From Verrucomicrobiota bacterium (GTDB lineage Bacteria > Verrucomicrobiota > Kiritimatiellia > UBA8416 > SLMC01): 64,000 nucleotides of DNA. Made by a program: the position numbers and the translations under genes. Under the pieces are notes generated by a model. The model worked only from the letters and a program-made list of their open reading frames with translations. It did no database searches and had not been told where the DNA came from. Within the stretch, counting starts at the first letter, position 1; each line of letters begins with the position of its first letter. Positions 43,852 through 59,084 of the stretch are shown here, piece after piece. The stretch lies in the NCBI GenBank assembly GCA_030018915.1, contig JASEHE010000001.1, positions 15,843 to 79,842 of the forward strand, read 5' to 3'.

Positions 43852-44276
43852 TTCTGGTGGATGCCAACATCCTGCTCTACGCGGAAGACCAACTCAGTCC
43901 GCGCCACGTGAAGGCGCGAACATGGTGGGACGCTTCCCTGTCCGGGAGTTCCCCCGTATGTCTGTGCTGGATTGTCCTGGGAGCGTTCATCCGCATCGGC
44001 GCCAACCCGCGCGTCTTCGGGCATCCCATCGTTCTCGATCAAGCGATCTCCCGCATCCAGAGCTGGATGGATCAGCCATGCGCGCGGATCGTGAATCCGA
44101 CTGAGCGGCATTGGACGGTCTTTCAGCGGATGCTTCGCGAAGGGCAGGCTGTGGCCAACCTTGTCCTCGACGCGCACCTGGCCGCGCTGGCGCTCGAGCA
44201 CGGCTGCGAACTCATCTCCACGGACTCCGGTTTTTCCCGCTTCTCCGGTATCCGGTGGCGCAATCCGCTGACCTGA
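43848..44276 (+). CDS. vapC: PIN-domain toxin (VapC family)
   Basis: 142 aa. MILVDANILLYAED start (first PIN acidic residue), conserved D/E later (LVLDAHLAALALEHGCELISTD). Start overlaps vapB stop. Confidence 0.7.
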   Translation: MILVDANILLYAEDQLSPRHVKARTWWDASLSGSSPVCLCWIVLGAFIRIGANPRVFGHPIVLDQAISRIQSWMDQPCARIVNPTERHWTVFQRMLREGQAVANLVLDAHLAALALEHGCELISTDSGFSRFSGIRWRNPLT

Positions 44277-44363
44277 GAGAAACTGCGGCGAACCGGGCGG
44301 TGGAACGCTACGCCGCGAAGCGCGGAGAGGTTCACCGCCGCCGTTCGGAGAAAGGAGAACGAT

Positions 44364-44618
44364 ATGGAACTGAAAGAGCTAGATCAAAAGATGATTGCCG
44401 GACTTCGGAAGCAGCAACGCACATGGCCCGCACTCCGTGTTCTCATGGTCGTCGTCGGGATTCTGTTGATGGCGTGGGGGGTGTGCGCGGACGACGCGGT
44501 GTATGTGTTTCCTGGGACGGCGTTTCTCTGCTGCGTCGGTTCGCAATGGCGAGGCGATCCCAAGGCGCATCTTATCTTGCGACTTACCGAGGATTCCATC
44601 ATCGGAAATCCGCAATAG
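44364..44618 (+). CDS. Small hypothetical membrane protein
   Basis: 84-aa ORF with one hydrophobic segment (ALRVLMVVVGILLMAWGV). No recognisable family, weak support. Confidence 0.25.
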   Translation: MELKELDQKMIAGLRKQQRTWPALRVLMVVVGILLMAWGVCADDAVYVFPGTAFLCCVGSQWRGDPKAHLILRLTEDSIIGNPQ

Positions 44619-45566
44619 CTACGACGGGGTATGCCGGAGCGCCTGGCTGATTCGGACCGCCAGTTTCAGAGCCTCCGAGGCATGCTGGCCGCTCACCACG
44701 GGATCGTTTCGGGTCAGCACGCAGTTCACAAATGAGGCGAGTTCAGCCTTCAGCGGTTCGTCCTTCTCGATCGGCACCTTCGCGGTTTCGATGCCTGACC
44801 GGGATTTTCGGCACAACTGGCCGGACTGGTCCATGTAGTCGAGCGACAGATAGGTGTCTTCTTGAAATACGCGGATTTGCCGCAGTTTCTTGAGGCTGAT
44901 GCGGCTGGCCGTGACATTTGCGATACAGCCGTTCTCGAAGCCCAGGCGCACATTGGCGATGTCCTCGCCGGCGGTCAGGACCGGCACGCCCACGGCGTTG
45001 ATGGACTTCACCGGCGAGCGAACCAGGTGCAGGATGATCTCCAGATCGTGGATCATCAGGTCCAGCACAACGCTCACCTCGGCGCCGCGGGGCAGAGCGC
45101 CTTCCCTCGGCGGCGGGAACGGCGCCAGGCGAATTGCCTCGATGAAGCGCGGGCGAGCGAGGCGCTCCTCCAGGAACTTCATGACCGGGTTGAACCGTTC
45201 CACGTGGCCCACCTGAAGGATCAGCCCTTTCTCTCGCGCGAGCGCCGCCATCCGCTCGGCCTGCTCGGTTGACGAGGCGATCGGTTTCTCGACGAGTTGG
45301 TGCAGCCCGCTGGCCGCCAGTTCGTTGAACACTTCGAAATGCCTGTCCGTAGGCGTCACAACGCTGGCAGCCTCGATTGCGGCGGCCAATTCCCGGAGCG
45401 ACGGGAAGGCCTGCGTTCCATACCGGGCCGCGATTTCCTCCGCGCGCGCGCGGTTGGTGTCGTAGACGCCGACCAGTTCCGTGCTGTCGAGCCCGGAGTA
45501 GATTCGGGCGTGCCACTGTCCCAGGCTTCCCACTCCGACGACGCCCACTCTCAGCTTGTTTGCCAT
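44619..45566 (-). CDS. Gfo/Idh/MocA-family NAD(P)-dependent oxidoreductase
   Basis: 315 aa. MANKLRVGVVGVGSLGQWHARIY Rossmann N-terminus, EKP motif (LVEKPIASS), C-terminal alpha/beta domain. Confidence 0.75.
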   Translation of the reverse strand: MANKLRVGVVGVGSLGQWHARIYSGLDSTELVGVYDTNRARAEEIAARYGTQAFPSLRELAAAIEAASVVTPTDRHFEVFNELAASGLHQLVEKPIASSTEQAERMAALAREKGLILQVGHVERFNPVMKFLEERLARPRFIEAIRLAPFPPPREGALPRGAEVSVVLDLMIHDLEIILHLVRSPVKSINAVGVPVLTAGEDIANVRLGFENGCIANVTASRISLKKLRQIRVFQEDTYLSLDYMDQSGQLCRKSRSGIETAKVPIEKDEPLKAELASFVNCVLTRNDPVVSGQHASEALKLAVRISQALRHTPS

Positions 45567-45614
45567 GTTCCAGGCTTCCTCGTTTGCGCGCCAGGGTTGT
45601 CTGCTGGAAGAGAT

Positions 45615-45705
45615 GCTGGATGTCAGGTGTCAGGGAAGACGAGGCTGAAACTGGAAGGAGTCCGAACATGTTCTTCCCCAGTTTCCAGTTTCATGCAGAC
45701 ACCTG
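45615..45705. repeat. Long imperfect hairpin (~90 nt) in the Gfo/Idh–lpxI intergenic region, containing one copy of the GAAAC heptad motif
   Basis: Outer stem GTCAGGTGTC/GACACCTGAC, inner stem GAAACTGGAA/TTCCAGTTTC, read directly. Confidence 0.4.
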
Positions 45706-45709
45706 ACAC

Positions 45710-46540
45710 CTACCCTTTGCCGGCCTCGACGGCGACAATCGCGACGCCGATCTGGTCTGCTTCCGCGACGACCTTTTCGCGCTCCAGGATAATGGCCCGG
45801 CCGGCCTGAATGGCAAGAACTGCCGCCTTCGCTTTCTTCAGTATCTTCACCGTATGCAGGCCGATGACCGGGATGTCGAACCGCATGTCATGGCCGCGTT
45901 TTGCCACCTTGACCACCACCGAACCGGCGCCGCCCAGCGCGCCGGCTCGCTTGATCGTTTCGTCGGTGCCCTCGAAGGCCTCCACGGCCAGGATCGTTCC
46001 ATGCTTGACTACCACGGTTTGTCCGATGTCGATCCCGCTGGTCGCATCGGCAACCTTGAGGCCGAGTTCGATGTCGTGCCGCTCGGTTTCCACGGGCGCC
46101 CGCCGGGTGAGCGCGCCCGGTTCCGGCATGTGGTCTTCCATGAAGGCAGAGGCGGGGAGCAATTCGATGCCCAGCGCCTTCATCTCGTCGGCCACGGCGC
46201 CGAAGATCGTTTCGGCGTTCCGCGCGCGGAGCCGCTTCAGCAGCGCGAGCATTCGGGCGTCCAACCGGACGCGGAACAGGTGGGTGGGCGTGATCTGGCC
46301 GGCCATGACGGCGCGCCGAATTCCGCTTCTGCCAAGCGCGTCCAGCATGCCGCCCAACTGGCCCATGTGTATCCAGGCGACGTCGTCCGCGCACTTCTCG
46401 ATGACAGGGTCGGTCTCCTTCCGAAAGGCGACGGCAAAAATCCTGAAGACGCCCTGTTTCCTGGCGGACTCGGCCAGCAGACGCGGGTAGACGCCCTTCC
46501 CCGCGATGATAGCCAGGCTGGGTGGAAGCGGCGTTTTCAT
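45710..46540 (-). CDS. lpxI: UDP-2,3-diacylglucosamine hydrolase LpxI-like (DUF1009 family)
   Basis: 276 aa. N-terminal LAIIAGKGVYPRLLAE and C-terminal GTDETIKRAGALGG...VVVKVAKRGHDMRFDIPVIG pattern typical of LpxI. Adjacent to the lpxB region. Confidence 0.65.
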   Translation of the reverse strand: MKTPLPPSLAIIAGKGVYPRLLAESARKQGVFRIFAVAFRKETDPVIEKCADDVAWIHMGQLGGMLDALGRSGIRRAVMAGQITPTHLFRVRLDARMLALLKRLRARNAETIFGAVADEMKALGIELLPASAFMEDHMPEPGALTRRAPVETERHDIELGLKVADATSGIDIGQTVVVKHGTILAVEAFEGTDETIKRAGALGGAGSVVVKVAKRGHDMRFDIPVIGLHTVKILKKAKAAVLAIQAGRAIILEREKVVAEADQIGVAIVAVEAGKG

Positions 46541-46661
46541 CGGACAAGACTATAGGGATCGCAGGTCTCCGATGAAAGATCAAATTTGGTGAAGGGGCCG
46601 GACCATATGCACGACCTGCTGAGCCGTCTGAACCTGAGCGCGCACGGCATCCGTCATAGCC

Positions 46662-47840
46662 TCACTTCGTCATGAGGTCGCGGAACCGCTTGAAAAGGTA
46701 GCGCGGGTCGTGCGGGCCCGGCCCGGCCTCGGGATGGTGCTGCACGCAGAACATCGGCTCCTTCCTGTGCCGGAGCCCCTCGACCGTGTTGTCGTTGAGG
46801 TTGATGTGCGTGACCTCGATGCAAGCCTTGTTCAGCGTCGCGACATCCACCGCGAAGTTGTGGTTCTGCGATGTGATCTCGACCTTGCCGCTCGCCAGCT
46901 CTTTCACCGGATGGTTGCAGCCGTGGTGCCCGAACTTCAACCGGTAGGTCCGCCCGCTCATTGCCAGCCCCAATATCTGATGGCCAAGGCAAATGCCCAT
47001 GATCGGCGCTTTCCCCAGCAACTGCCGCGCCGCCTCGATCGCGTACCGCGCCGCCGCCGGGTCCGCCGGCCCGTTCGACAGGAACACGCCGTCCGGCTTC
47101 AGGGCAAGCGCCTCCCTGGCCGTCGTCCGCGCCGGCACGATGGTGACGTTCATGCCGTTGAGCCGCAGGCAGCGCAGGATGTTCCATTTGATCCCGAAAT
47201 CGTACGCCACCACCTTCAGATCCGCCGGCGGCAGTTCATTCGCCACACCCCAGGAGCGTGTGAGCTTGCCGTTCGGGTCCCACTGGTGCGCTTTGGCGCA
47301 GCTCACCTTGGACGCGTAGTCCTGCCCGTCCAACCCAGCCCACGCCAGCGCGCGGCCCACCGCCTCCTTCTCGCCCACCTTGCCCGTTACAGACAGAAAC
47401 CCCTTCTGCGTCCCCTTGTCGCGCAGCAGGGAGGTCAGCGCCCGCGTGTCTATTCCGGCGATTCCGGGGATGCCGTGGCGCCGGAGGCTCCGCGCCAGCG
47501 ACTCCCGGCAGCGCCAGTTGCTGGGTTCATTCATCTCGCGCATGATGAATCCGCTGTCGAATAGCCGCCGCGACTCCATGTCTTCCGGGTTCAATCCGAC
47601 GTTCCCGATCTCGGGACAGGTCATGGTCACGAACTGGCCGCTGTAGGAAGGATCGCTCAGAATCTCCTGGTAGCCGCTCATGCCGGTGTTGAACACCACC
47701 TCGCCCACGGCATCCACCGACGCGCCCACGGAATAGCCGCGCCACACCGAGCCGTCGGCGAGCGCGAGGAAAGCCGGCTTCTCCCGCTGCTCTTTCCAGT
47801 TCCACGCCCCTGTCTTCGTCGTTGTCGCTTTCTTCGGCAT
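46662..47840 (-). CDS. carA: Carbamoyl-phosphate synthase small (glutaminase) subunit
   Basis: Start at MPKKATTT. Class I GATase catalytic triad region [10 protein letters not shown] ... HHGCNHPV. Confidence 0.85.
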   Translation of the reverse strand: MPKKATTTKTGAWNWKEQREKPAFLALADGSVWRGYSVGASVDAVGEVVFNTGMSGYQEILSDPSYSGQFVTMTCPEIGNVGLNPEDMESRRLFDSGFIMREMNEPSNWRCRESLARSLRRHGIPGIAGIDTRALTSLLRDKGTQKGFLSVTGKVGEKEAVGRALAWAGLDGQDYASKVSCAKAHQWDPNGKLTRSWGVANELPPADLKVVAYDFGIKWNILRCLRLNGMNVTIVPARTTAREALALKPDGVFLSNGPADPAAARYAIEAARQLLGKAPIMGICLGHQILGLAMSGRTYRLKFGHHGCNHPVKELASGKVEITSQNHNFAVDVATLNKACIEVTHINLNDNTVEGLRHRKEPMFCVQHHPEAGPGPHDPRYLFKRFRDLMTK

Positions 47841-47843
47841 GAC

Positions 47844-47873
47844 CGGTTTCGAGTTTCCAGTTTCGAGTTTCAA
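47844..47873. repeat. GAAAC heptad-repeat element (4 units) just downstream of carB
   Basis: Plus strand GGTTTCGAGTTTCCAGTTTCGAGTTTCAAG = minus strand CTTGAAACTCGAAACTGGAAACTCGAAACC. Confidence 0.5.
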
Positions 47874-47884
47874 GCCGCGGTCTC

Positions 47885-51166
<3,282 letters not shown>

Positions 51167-51349
51167 TTTCGGCCCCACTGGCGCCGCGTCAGGCCCGGCC
51201 CGGATTCAAGGCGTTCAACGCGCAAACACTCAACGGTATTCCGTGGGTCCTGCGCCGATGTTTCAGGCCCGAAGTCTACCGCGCCGTCAGCAGAAGGCGC
51301 GTGACATGCCAGCCCACCACTTCGGCAGGCTTGTCGGCCGAAAGGCGTC

Positions 51350-51369
51350 CAATTTCCAGTTTCCATCTC
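51350..51369. repeat. GAAAC heptad-repeat element downstream of pyrG
   Basis: Plus strand AATTTCCAGTTTCCATCTCC = minus strand GGAGATGGAAACTGGAAATT, immediately 3' of the pyrG stop codon. Confidence 0.45.
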
Positions 51370-54410
<3,041 letters not shown>

Positions 54411-54631
54411 GGCTATTCGCTCGCCGGCTTACAGCCGGTTCCATGAACTCGAAATCCGTCGTGTAGTGGAAACAGCGGGCAAGCTATCAGATACAAAGGC
54501 GCGGGAGAAACATTTTTTGAGCGGGGTTCAAAACCCCAATTTCACCTTGAACCCGGACAGGTCGGCTGGCCGGCCTGAGCGGGAATTCCGTGTTGCGACC
54601 GTCGAACGGTCTGCTATGATATTCCGTCCCT

Positions 54632-55285
54632 TTGACCATGCCAACCGCAGCCTTATACGCTTCATGCCTGCTCGCCTCGTATCTACTGGGCGCCATCCCT
54701 TTTGCCTTCCTGCTCGCCCAGGTCAAGGGAATTGACATCCGCGCGGTCGGCAGCGGAAACATCGGCGCCACCAACGCGTTCCGATGCGTGAGCAAACCGC
54801 TGGGCATTCTCTGTTTCTTCTGCGATGTCGCCAAAGGATTCGCGCCGGCCTTCTTCTTTCCCATGCTCGTCCGGCAATTCGCGGCGCTCCCGAACGAGGA
54901 CCCGCTGAAAGTCCTTTGCGCCGCTGGCGCTATTGCCGGGCACAACTGGCCGGTCTATCTCCGGTTCAAGGGCGGTAAGGGCGTGGCCACGAGCGCGGGC
55001 GCGCTGCTCGGCATTTCGTGGCTGCCGGTGACGATCGGGATCGCTGCGTGGGTTCTCGTGTTCTTGCTCAGCCGCTACGTCTCGGTCGCGTCGCTCCTGG
55101 CCGCCGCGGTCGTCGCCGCCTGCGCGTGGATTTTACCGACCGCCCCGGACGCGCTCCTGATCCCCATTGCCTTCACGCTTCTCGCCATCCTCGCCATCTG
55201 GCGGCATAAGAGCAACATCCGGCGCCTGGTCAACGGCGCCGAGCATCGGTTCGAGTCCGTGACGAAGAAGAGAAAAGACAATTGA
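54632..55285 (+). CDS. plsY: Glycerol-3-phosphate acyltransferase PlsY
   Basis: 217 aa, polytopic. LLGAIPFAFLLA, SGNIGATNAFR, GGKGVATSAGALLG motifs characteristic of PlsY. Confidence 0.8.
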   Translation: MTMPTAALYASCLLASYLLGAIPFAFLLAQVKGIDIRAVGSGNIGATNAFRCVSKPLGILCFFCDVAKGFAPAFFFPMLVRQFAALPNEDPLKVLCAAGAIAGHNWPVYLRFKGGKGVATSAGALLGISWLPVTIGIAAWVLVFLLSRYVSVASLLAAAVVAACAWILPTAPDALLIPIAFTLLAILAIWRHKSNIRRLVNGAEHRFESVTKKRKDN

Positions 55286-55324
55286 ACAGGAGACCGTAGT
55301 TACACCCAGGAAACAACGCGCGAC

Positions 55325-56551
55325 ATGAACACGCAACAACTTTTCGCCGAGCGAATCGGCGGCGCATCGTTCGGCGCGTCGCCCCAAATCTACAAATTTC
55401 AGAAGATCAAGCTGGCCAGGGCGGAAGCGAAAAAGACCCATCCCAACGTCGAACTCCTCGACTTCGGGGTCGGCGAGCCGGACGGAATGGCCCCACCGGT
55501 GATCCGCGAAGCGCTCAAACGCGCCGTGGATCGCCCCGAGAACCGCGGCTACGCCGACAACGGCATCCCGGAGTTCCGGGCCGCAGCCGCGGATTACATG
55601 AAGAAGTTCTTTGGGGTGGCCGATCTCGACCCGGACACCGAAATCAACCACAGCATCGGGTCCAAGCCGGCGCTGGCCATGCTGCCACTTTGTTTTATAA
55701 ACCCGGACGATGCGGCTCTCGTGACAGTCCCCGGCTACCCAGTCCTGGCCACGCACACCCGCTACCTCGGCGGAGATGTCGTCGAAGTCCCGCTGCTCCG
55801 GGAAAACGGCTTCTACCCCGACCTGGATCGCATCGCTCCGGCAGCGCTCAAGCGGGCCAAGCTCTTCTACGTCAACTACCCCAACAATCCGACCGGGGCT
55901 GCGCCATCTGAGGAGTTCTTCGACCGGCTGATCCATTTTGCGGACCGGCACAACATCCTGATCGTTCAAGACGCCGCCTATGCGACGCTGGTCTACGATC
56001 GCGCGCCGCTCTCCATCCTAAGCCGCCCAGGCGGCAAAGAAACCGCCGTCGAACTGCACTCGATGAGCAAGAGCTACAACATGACCGGCTGGCGCCTGGG
56101 TTTTGTGGCCGGATCGCGCCGTGTGATCCGGGCCTACGCCGAGACCAAGGACAACATTGACTCCGGCCAGTTCAAGGCCATCCAGCGCGCCGCGTGCGCC
56201 GGCATCGCCGACAAAAGTCTGTCGGACGGCATCCGCAAACACTACCGGCTCCGCCTGGAGAAAATGGCGCAAGCCCTTTGCTCAGTGGGTTTCGATGCCC
56301 GCATGCCCGGCGGAACGTTCTACCTCTACGCGCCCGCGCCGACGCGAGCCGGAAAGACCGTCTTTGCCACCGCTGAGGAATCCGCCCGGCATCTGATCGC
56401 GAATAAACTCGTCTCCACGGCGCCCTGGGACGATGCCGGCCGTTTCCTCCGATTCTCTGCCACGTTCGAGTCCGCGGGCGACTCAGACGACGACCGCGTG
56501 ATTGGGGAACTTGCCCGGCGTCTCCGCTCCGCGGATTTGGGCTGGGAGTAG
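55325..56551 (+). CDS. dapL: Class I aminotransferase, LL-diaminopimelate aminotransferase-like
   Basis: 408 aa. FQKIKLARAEAKKTHPNVELLDFGVGEPDGMAPP resembles the DapL N-terminal pattern. PLP-Lys region SMSKSYNMTGWRLGF. Family assignment within class I is tentative. Confidence 0.5.
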   Translation: MNTQQLFAERIGGASFGASPQIYKFQKIKLARAEAKKTHPNVELLDFGVGEPDGMAPPVIREALKRAVDRPENRGYADNGIPEFRAAAADYMKKFFGVADLDPDTEINHSIGSKPALAMLPLCFINPDDAALVTVPGYPVLATHTRYLGGDVVEVPLLRENGFYPDLDRIAPAALKRAKLFYVNYPNNPTGAAPSEEFFDRLIHFADRHNILIVQDAAYATLVYDRAPLSILSRPGGKETAVELHSMSKSYNMTGWRLGFVAGSRRVIRAYAETKDNIDSGQFKAIQRAACAGIADKSLSDGIRKHYRLRLEKMAQALCSVGFDARMPGGTFYLYAPAPTRAGKTVFATAEESARHLIANKLVSTAPWDDAGRFLRFSATFESAGDSDDDRVIGELARRLRSADLGWE

Positions 56552-56565
56552 CAAGGGGTCGGTTG

Positions 56566-56579
56566 TCGGTGATTGGTTC
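56566..56579. repeat. Left terminal inverted repeat GGTCGGTTGTCGGT (partner at 56836-56849)
   Basis: Exact reverse complement of ACCGACAACCGACC at 56836-56849, 257 nt away, in the dapL–purC convergent intergenic region. Confidence 0.5.
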
Positions 56580-56835
56580 GCCCCATTCCGTCTCGGAGTG
56601 GCGATTCGACCCGCGGAACAGATTCGCGCCTTCGGCACTATTGAAAGCATCTCCCCGATTGTCTCCAGTTTGTCGGTGAGTTCGGCGCGATCTTTCTCGC
56701 CGACGTAGCCGCATAAATGCCGCATCACCCCAATGCTGAGCCTCCAACTGTTCCGGAAACGGTAAACGCCATCTGGCAGACATCCAACTCCTTGAAGCTC
56801 TTCGTATGAGCCACACGGAGCCTCCTCTCCTCTTC

Positions 56836-56861
56836 TACCGACAACCGACCACCGATTTGCC
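56836..56861. repeat. ACCGAC heptad repeat (x3): CTACCGACAACCGACCACCGATTTGC; right inverted-repeat partner; a near-identical copy lies at 24731-24756
   Basis: TACCGACnACCGACCACCGAT is shared with the 24731-24756 copy (1 mismatch), read directly. Confidence 0.5.
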
Positions 56862-56868
56862 GGCCCTG

Positions 56869-57828
56869 CTACTTCCGATAGGGAGCAAGGGCGTTGCCGA
56901 TGCGCTTGCGGACGGGCGTGTCGCTTGCGATAAAGTCGCGGCCCGTAATCAGCTCGTATATCCGGATGTACCGCCGGGCGGCCTCCACCCGGAGTTCGTC
57001 CGGCAGGGCCGGAGGGGCGCCCTCACCACGGAACCCCCGGCTGACGAGCCATTCGCGGACATACTCCTTGTCTAACTTCTGCTGTTCCAGCCCTTTCGCA
57101 AATCGCTCCGCGTATGTGTCCGCAAACCAGTAGCGGGACGAGTCCGGCGTGTGGATTTCGTCGGTGACGACCAGTTTCCCATTCAAGCGCCCGATTTCGT
57201 ATTTGGTGTCCACCAGAATCAGTCCGCGCGCCGCGGCTTGCCGGACACCGCGCGCGTAAAGGCGAAAGCAAAGCGCCGCCGCTTGATCGAACGTCCTGGC
57301 GTCAATCAGCCCTTCGGCGATCGCCTCGGCGCGCGAGATGGGCCGGTCGCGCTTTTCATGCTTGGTGGTGGGCGTGAGAATGGGACGCTCGAATTTCTGG
57401 TCTTTCCGCAGCCCTTCAGGGAGCCGGTTTCCGCAAAAATTCCGCGCGCCACGCTCGTAGTTTGTCCACGCCGAAGTCTGGGTCACTCCGGTGATGTATC
57501 CACGGACGACGAACTCGAGCGGAAGCTGCTCGCATTCCTTGACCACCATCACGTTCGGATCGGGCACAGCGACAACGTGATTCATGGCGATGTCCCGCGT
57601 GATCTCGAACCAATAGGCGGCGATCTGATTGAGCGCCTGCCCTTTCAACGGGATCGTTCCCAGGACGCAGTCGAAAGCGGAGATTCGGTCGGTCGTGACC
57701 AGAATCCGTTGCCCCGGTCGGACGTAGCTATCGCGCACCTTGCCCTGTTCGCGCTTTCCCAGACCCCTGAACCGCGTGCTTTCCAGCACATTCCCGACGA
57801 CCGCGCGAATCCTATCTTCTGATATCAT
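56869..57828 (-). CDS. purC: Phosphoribosylaminoimidazole-succinocarboxamide synthase (long eukaryote-like form)
   Basis: Start at MISEDRIR. GKVRDSY, LVTTDRISAFD and LILVDTKYEIG motifs of SAICAR synthetase. Confidence 0.8.
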   Translation of the reverse strand: MISEDRIRAVVGNVLESTRFRGLGKREQGKVRDSYVRPGQRILVTTDRISAFDCVLGTIPLKGQALNQIAAYWFEITRDIAMNHVVAVPDPNVMVVKECEQLPLEFVVRGYITGVTQTSAWTNYERGARNFCGNRLPEGLRKDQKFERPILTPTTKHEKRDRPISRAEAIAEGLIDARTFDQAAALCFRLYARGVRQAAARGLILVDTKYEIGRLNGKLVVTDEIHTPDSSRYWFADTYAERFAKGLEQQKLDKEYVREWLVSRGFRGEGAPPALPDELRVEAARRYIRIYELITGRDFIASDTPVRKRIGNALAPYRK

Positions 57829-57988
57829 GACCAGTGAACCCCTTTCTTGAAAAACACCGCGCCGCGCGAGGCAAGCCACAAACCAGCCCGGCCTTGGGCT
57901 GGGAGGCGCAAAACGCGCGCCGCAGGCTTCACGCGCAACCCGACTTTGTGCCACAAAAGGCGCCTGCCTGCGCCATGTTCTTTCGTGG

Positions 57989-58612
57989 CTATGCCAAATC
58001 GAGGTTCATCACGTCTGGCACGTGTCGCCAGCGCCGCGCCGCGCCGATGCGGGCGAGCTTGTCCCGGCAGGCGGCCATAATCTCCCCGGCCAGCGCTTCC
58101 GAGTTCTTGCCCTGGCGCTCGGCGCCAAGGAGCGCGCGAGCGGCCGCGCACACATGCCGCAGGCCGAGCGTGCCCCGGCCGCTCGCGCCGTCCCACAATT
58201 CGCCCGCGCACTCCAGCACCATGTCCAGGGCGGCGAAGAACACGAGTTCCAGGGCCGCGTCCGCGCGAACCGTCATCCGCTTGAGATCCAGCACCCAGGC
58301 CGACGCTTCGCCGATCACCGTCCATTCCGACGGCCGGACCAGGCCGGTCCCGAGAACGACCAGCCGCCTGGCAGCCTGTTTCTCCCCCAGAGCCGCCAGC
58401 GCCTGGGAGGCCATCAGGATCAGGTGGTCCGCCTCGACAAATTTGCCCGGCCGCCGGCGCAGGAAGTCGTCCACCGCCGCAGCCAGTTCCCCGATGTTCT
58501 GGGCGTTGCCCAGCACCTGCTCGCCGCACACCGAGCCGATTGCGGCGGACAGATGCGAGACCAGCGCCGAACACCGCTCAGCGGCGCGCCATCTATGCGC
58601 GTCGTAGATCAT
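57989..58612 (-). CDS. Hypothetical protein co-transcribed with nrdR
   Basis: 207-aa ORF with balanced composition. ATGA start/stop overlap with nrdR. No recognisable motif. Confidence 0.4.
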   Translation of the reverse strand: MIYDAHRWRAAERCSALVSHLSAAIGSVCGEQVLGNAQNIGELAAAVDDFLRRRPGKFVEADHLILMASQALAALGEKQAARRLVVLGTGLVRPSEWTVIGEASAWVLDLKRMTVRADAALELVFFAALDMVLECAGELWDGASGRGTLGLRHVCAAARALLGAERQGKNSEALAGEIMAACRDKLARIGAARRWRHVPDVMNLDLA

Positions 58613-59001
58613 TCTTTCTTCAGCAACTCCCCGATGGCGCCCAGGAACTGGTTGACGTCCCGGAACCGGCGATACACGGAGGCAAACCGGACGAACGCCA
58701 CCTCGTCCAGTTTTTCGAGCTTGTCCATGACCTTCTTGCCGATGTCCTGGCTCGACACCTCGTGCTCGTATTCGCTCTCGAGTTCCTCGACGATTTTATC
58801 CGCGAGTTCTTGGATGTGTTCCGTCGTAATCGGCCGTTTTTCGCAGGCCCACTGGATGCCGTTGAAGAGCTTCCGCTCGTCCAGGTCCTCGTGGCGCCCG
58901 CACCGCAGGCAGGACCGCCTCCGCCGTATCACGGAATCGTTCCGGGCCGAGCGGCTGTCAATCACCTTGTCTTCCAGATGCCCGCATTTTGGACAGCGCA
59001 T
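58609..59001 (-). CDS. nrdR: Transcriptional repressor NrdR
   Basis: Start at MRCPKCGHLEDKVIDSR (zinc ribbon CxxC...CxxC). ATP-cone domain follows. Confidence 0.8.
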   Translation of the reverse strand: MRCPKCGHLEDKVIDSRSARNDSVIRRRRSCLRCGRHEDLDERKLFNGIQWACEKRPITTEHIQELADKIVEELESEYEHEVSSQDIGKKVMDKLEKLDEVAFVRFASVYRRFRDVNQFLGAIGELLKKE

Positions 59002-59084
59002 GTCCGACTCCGTTTTGACGATCGAGCTTCCCGCGGAAATCCGGACCGACCGCCGATTACGGATTGCCGATTTGCGATTGCCGA

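Noticed and set aside
43037-44201. Long ORFs 43037-43573 (+) and 43125-44201 (-) across the lpxB–vapBC spacer
   Set aside because: Gly/Arg-dominated translations. Only the 43090-43565 frame looks protein-like, and that is reported as a finding rather than a gene.
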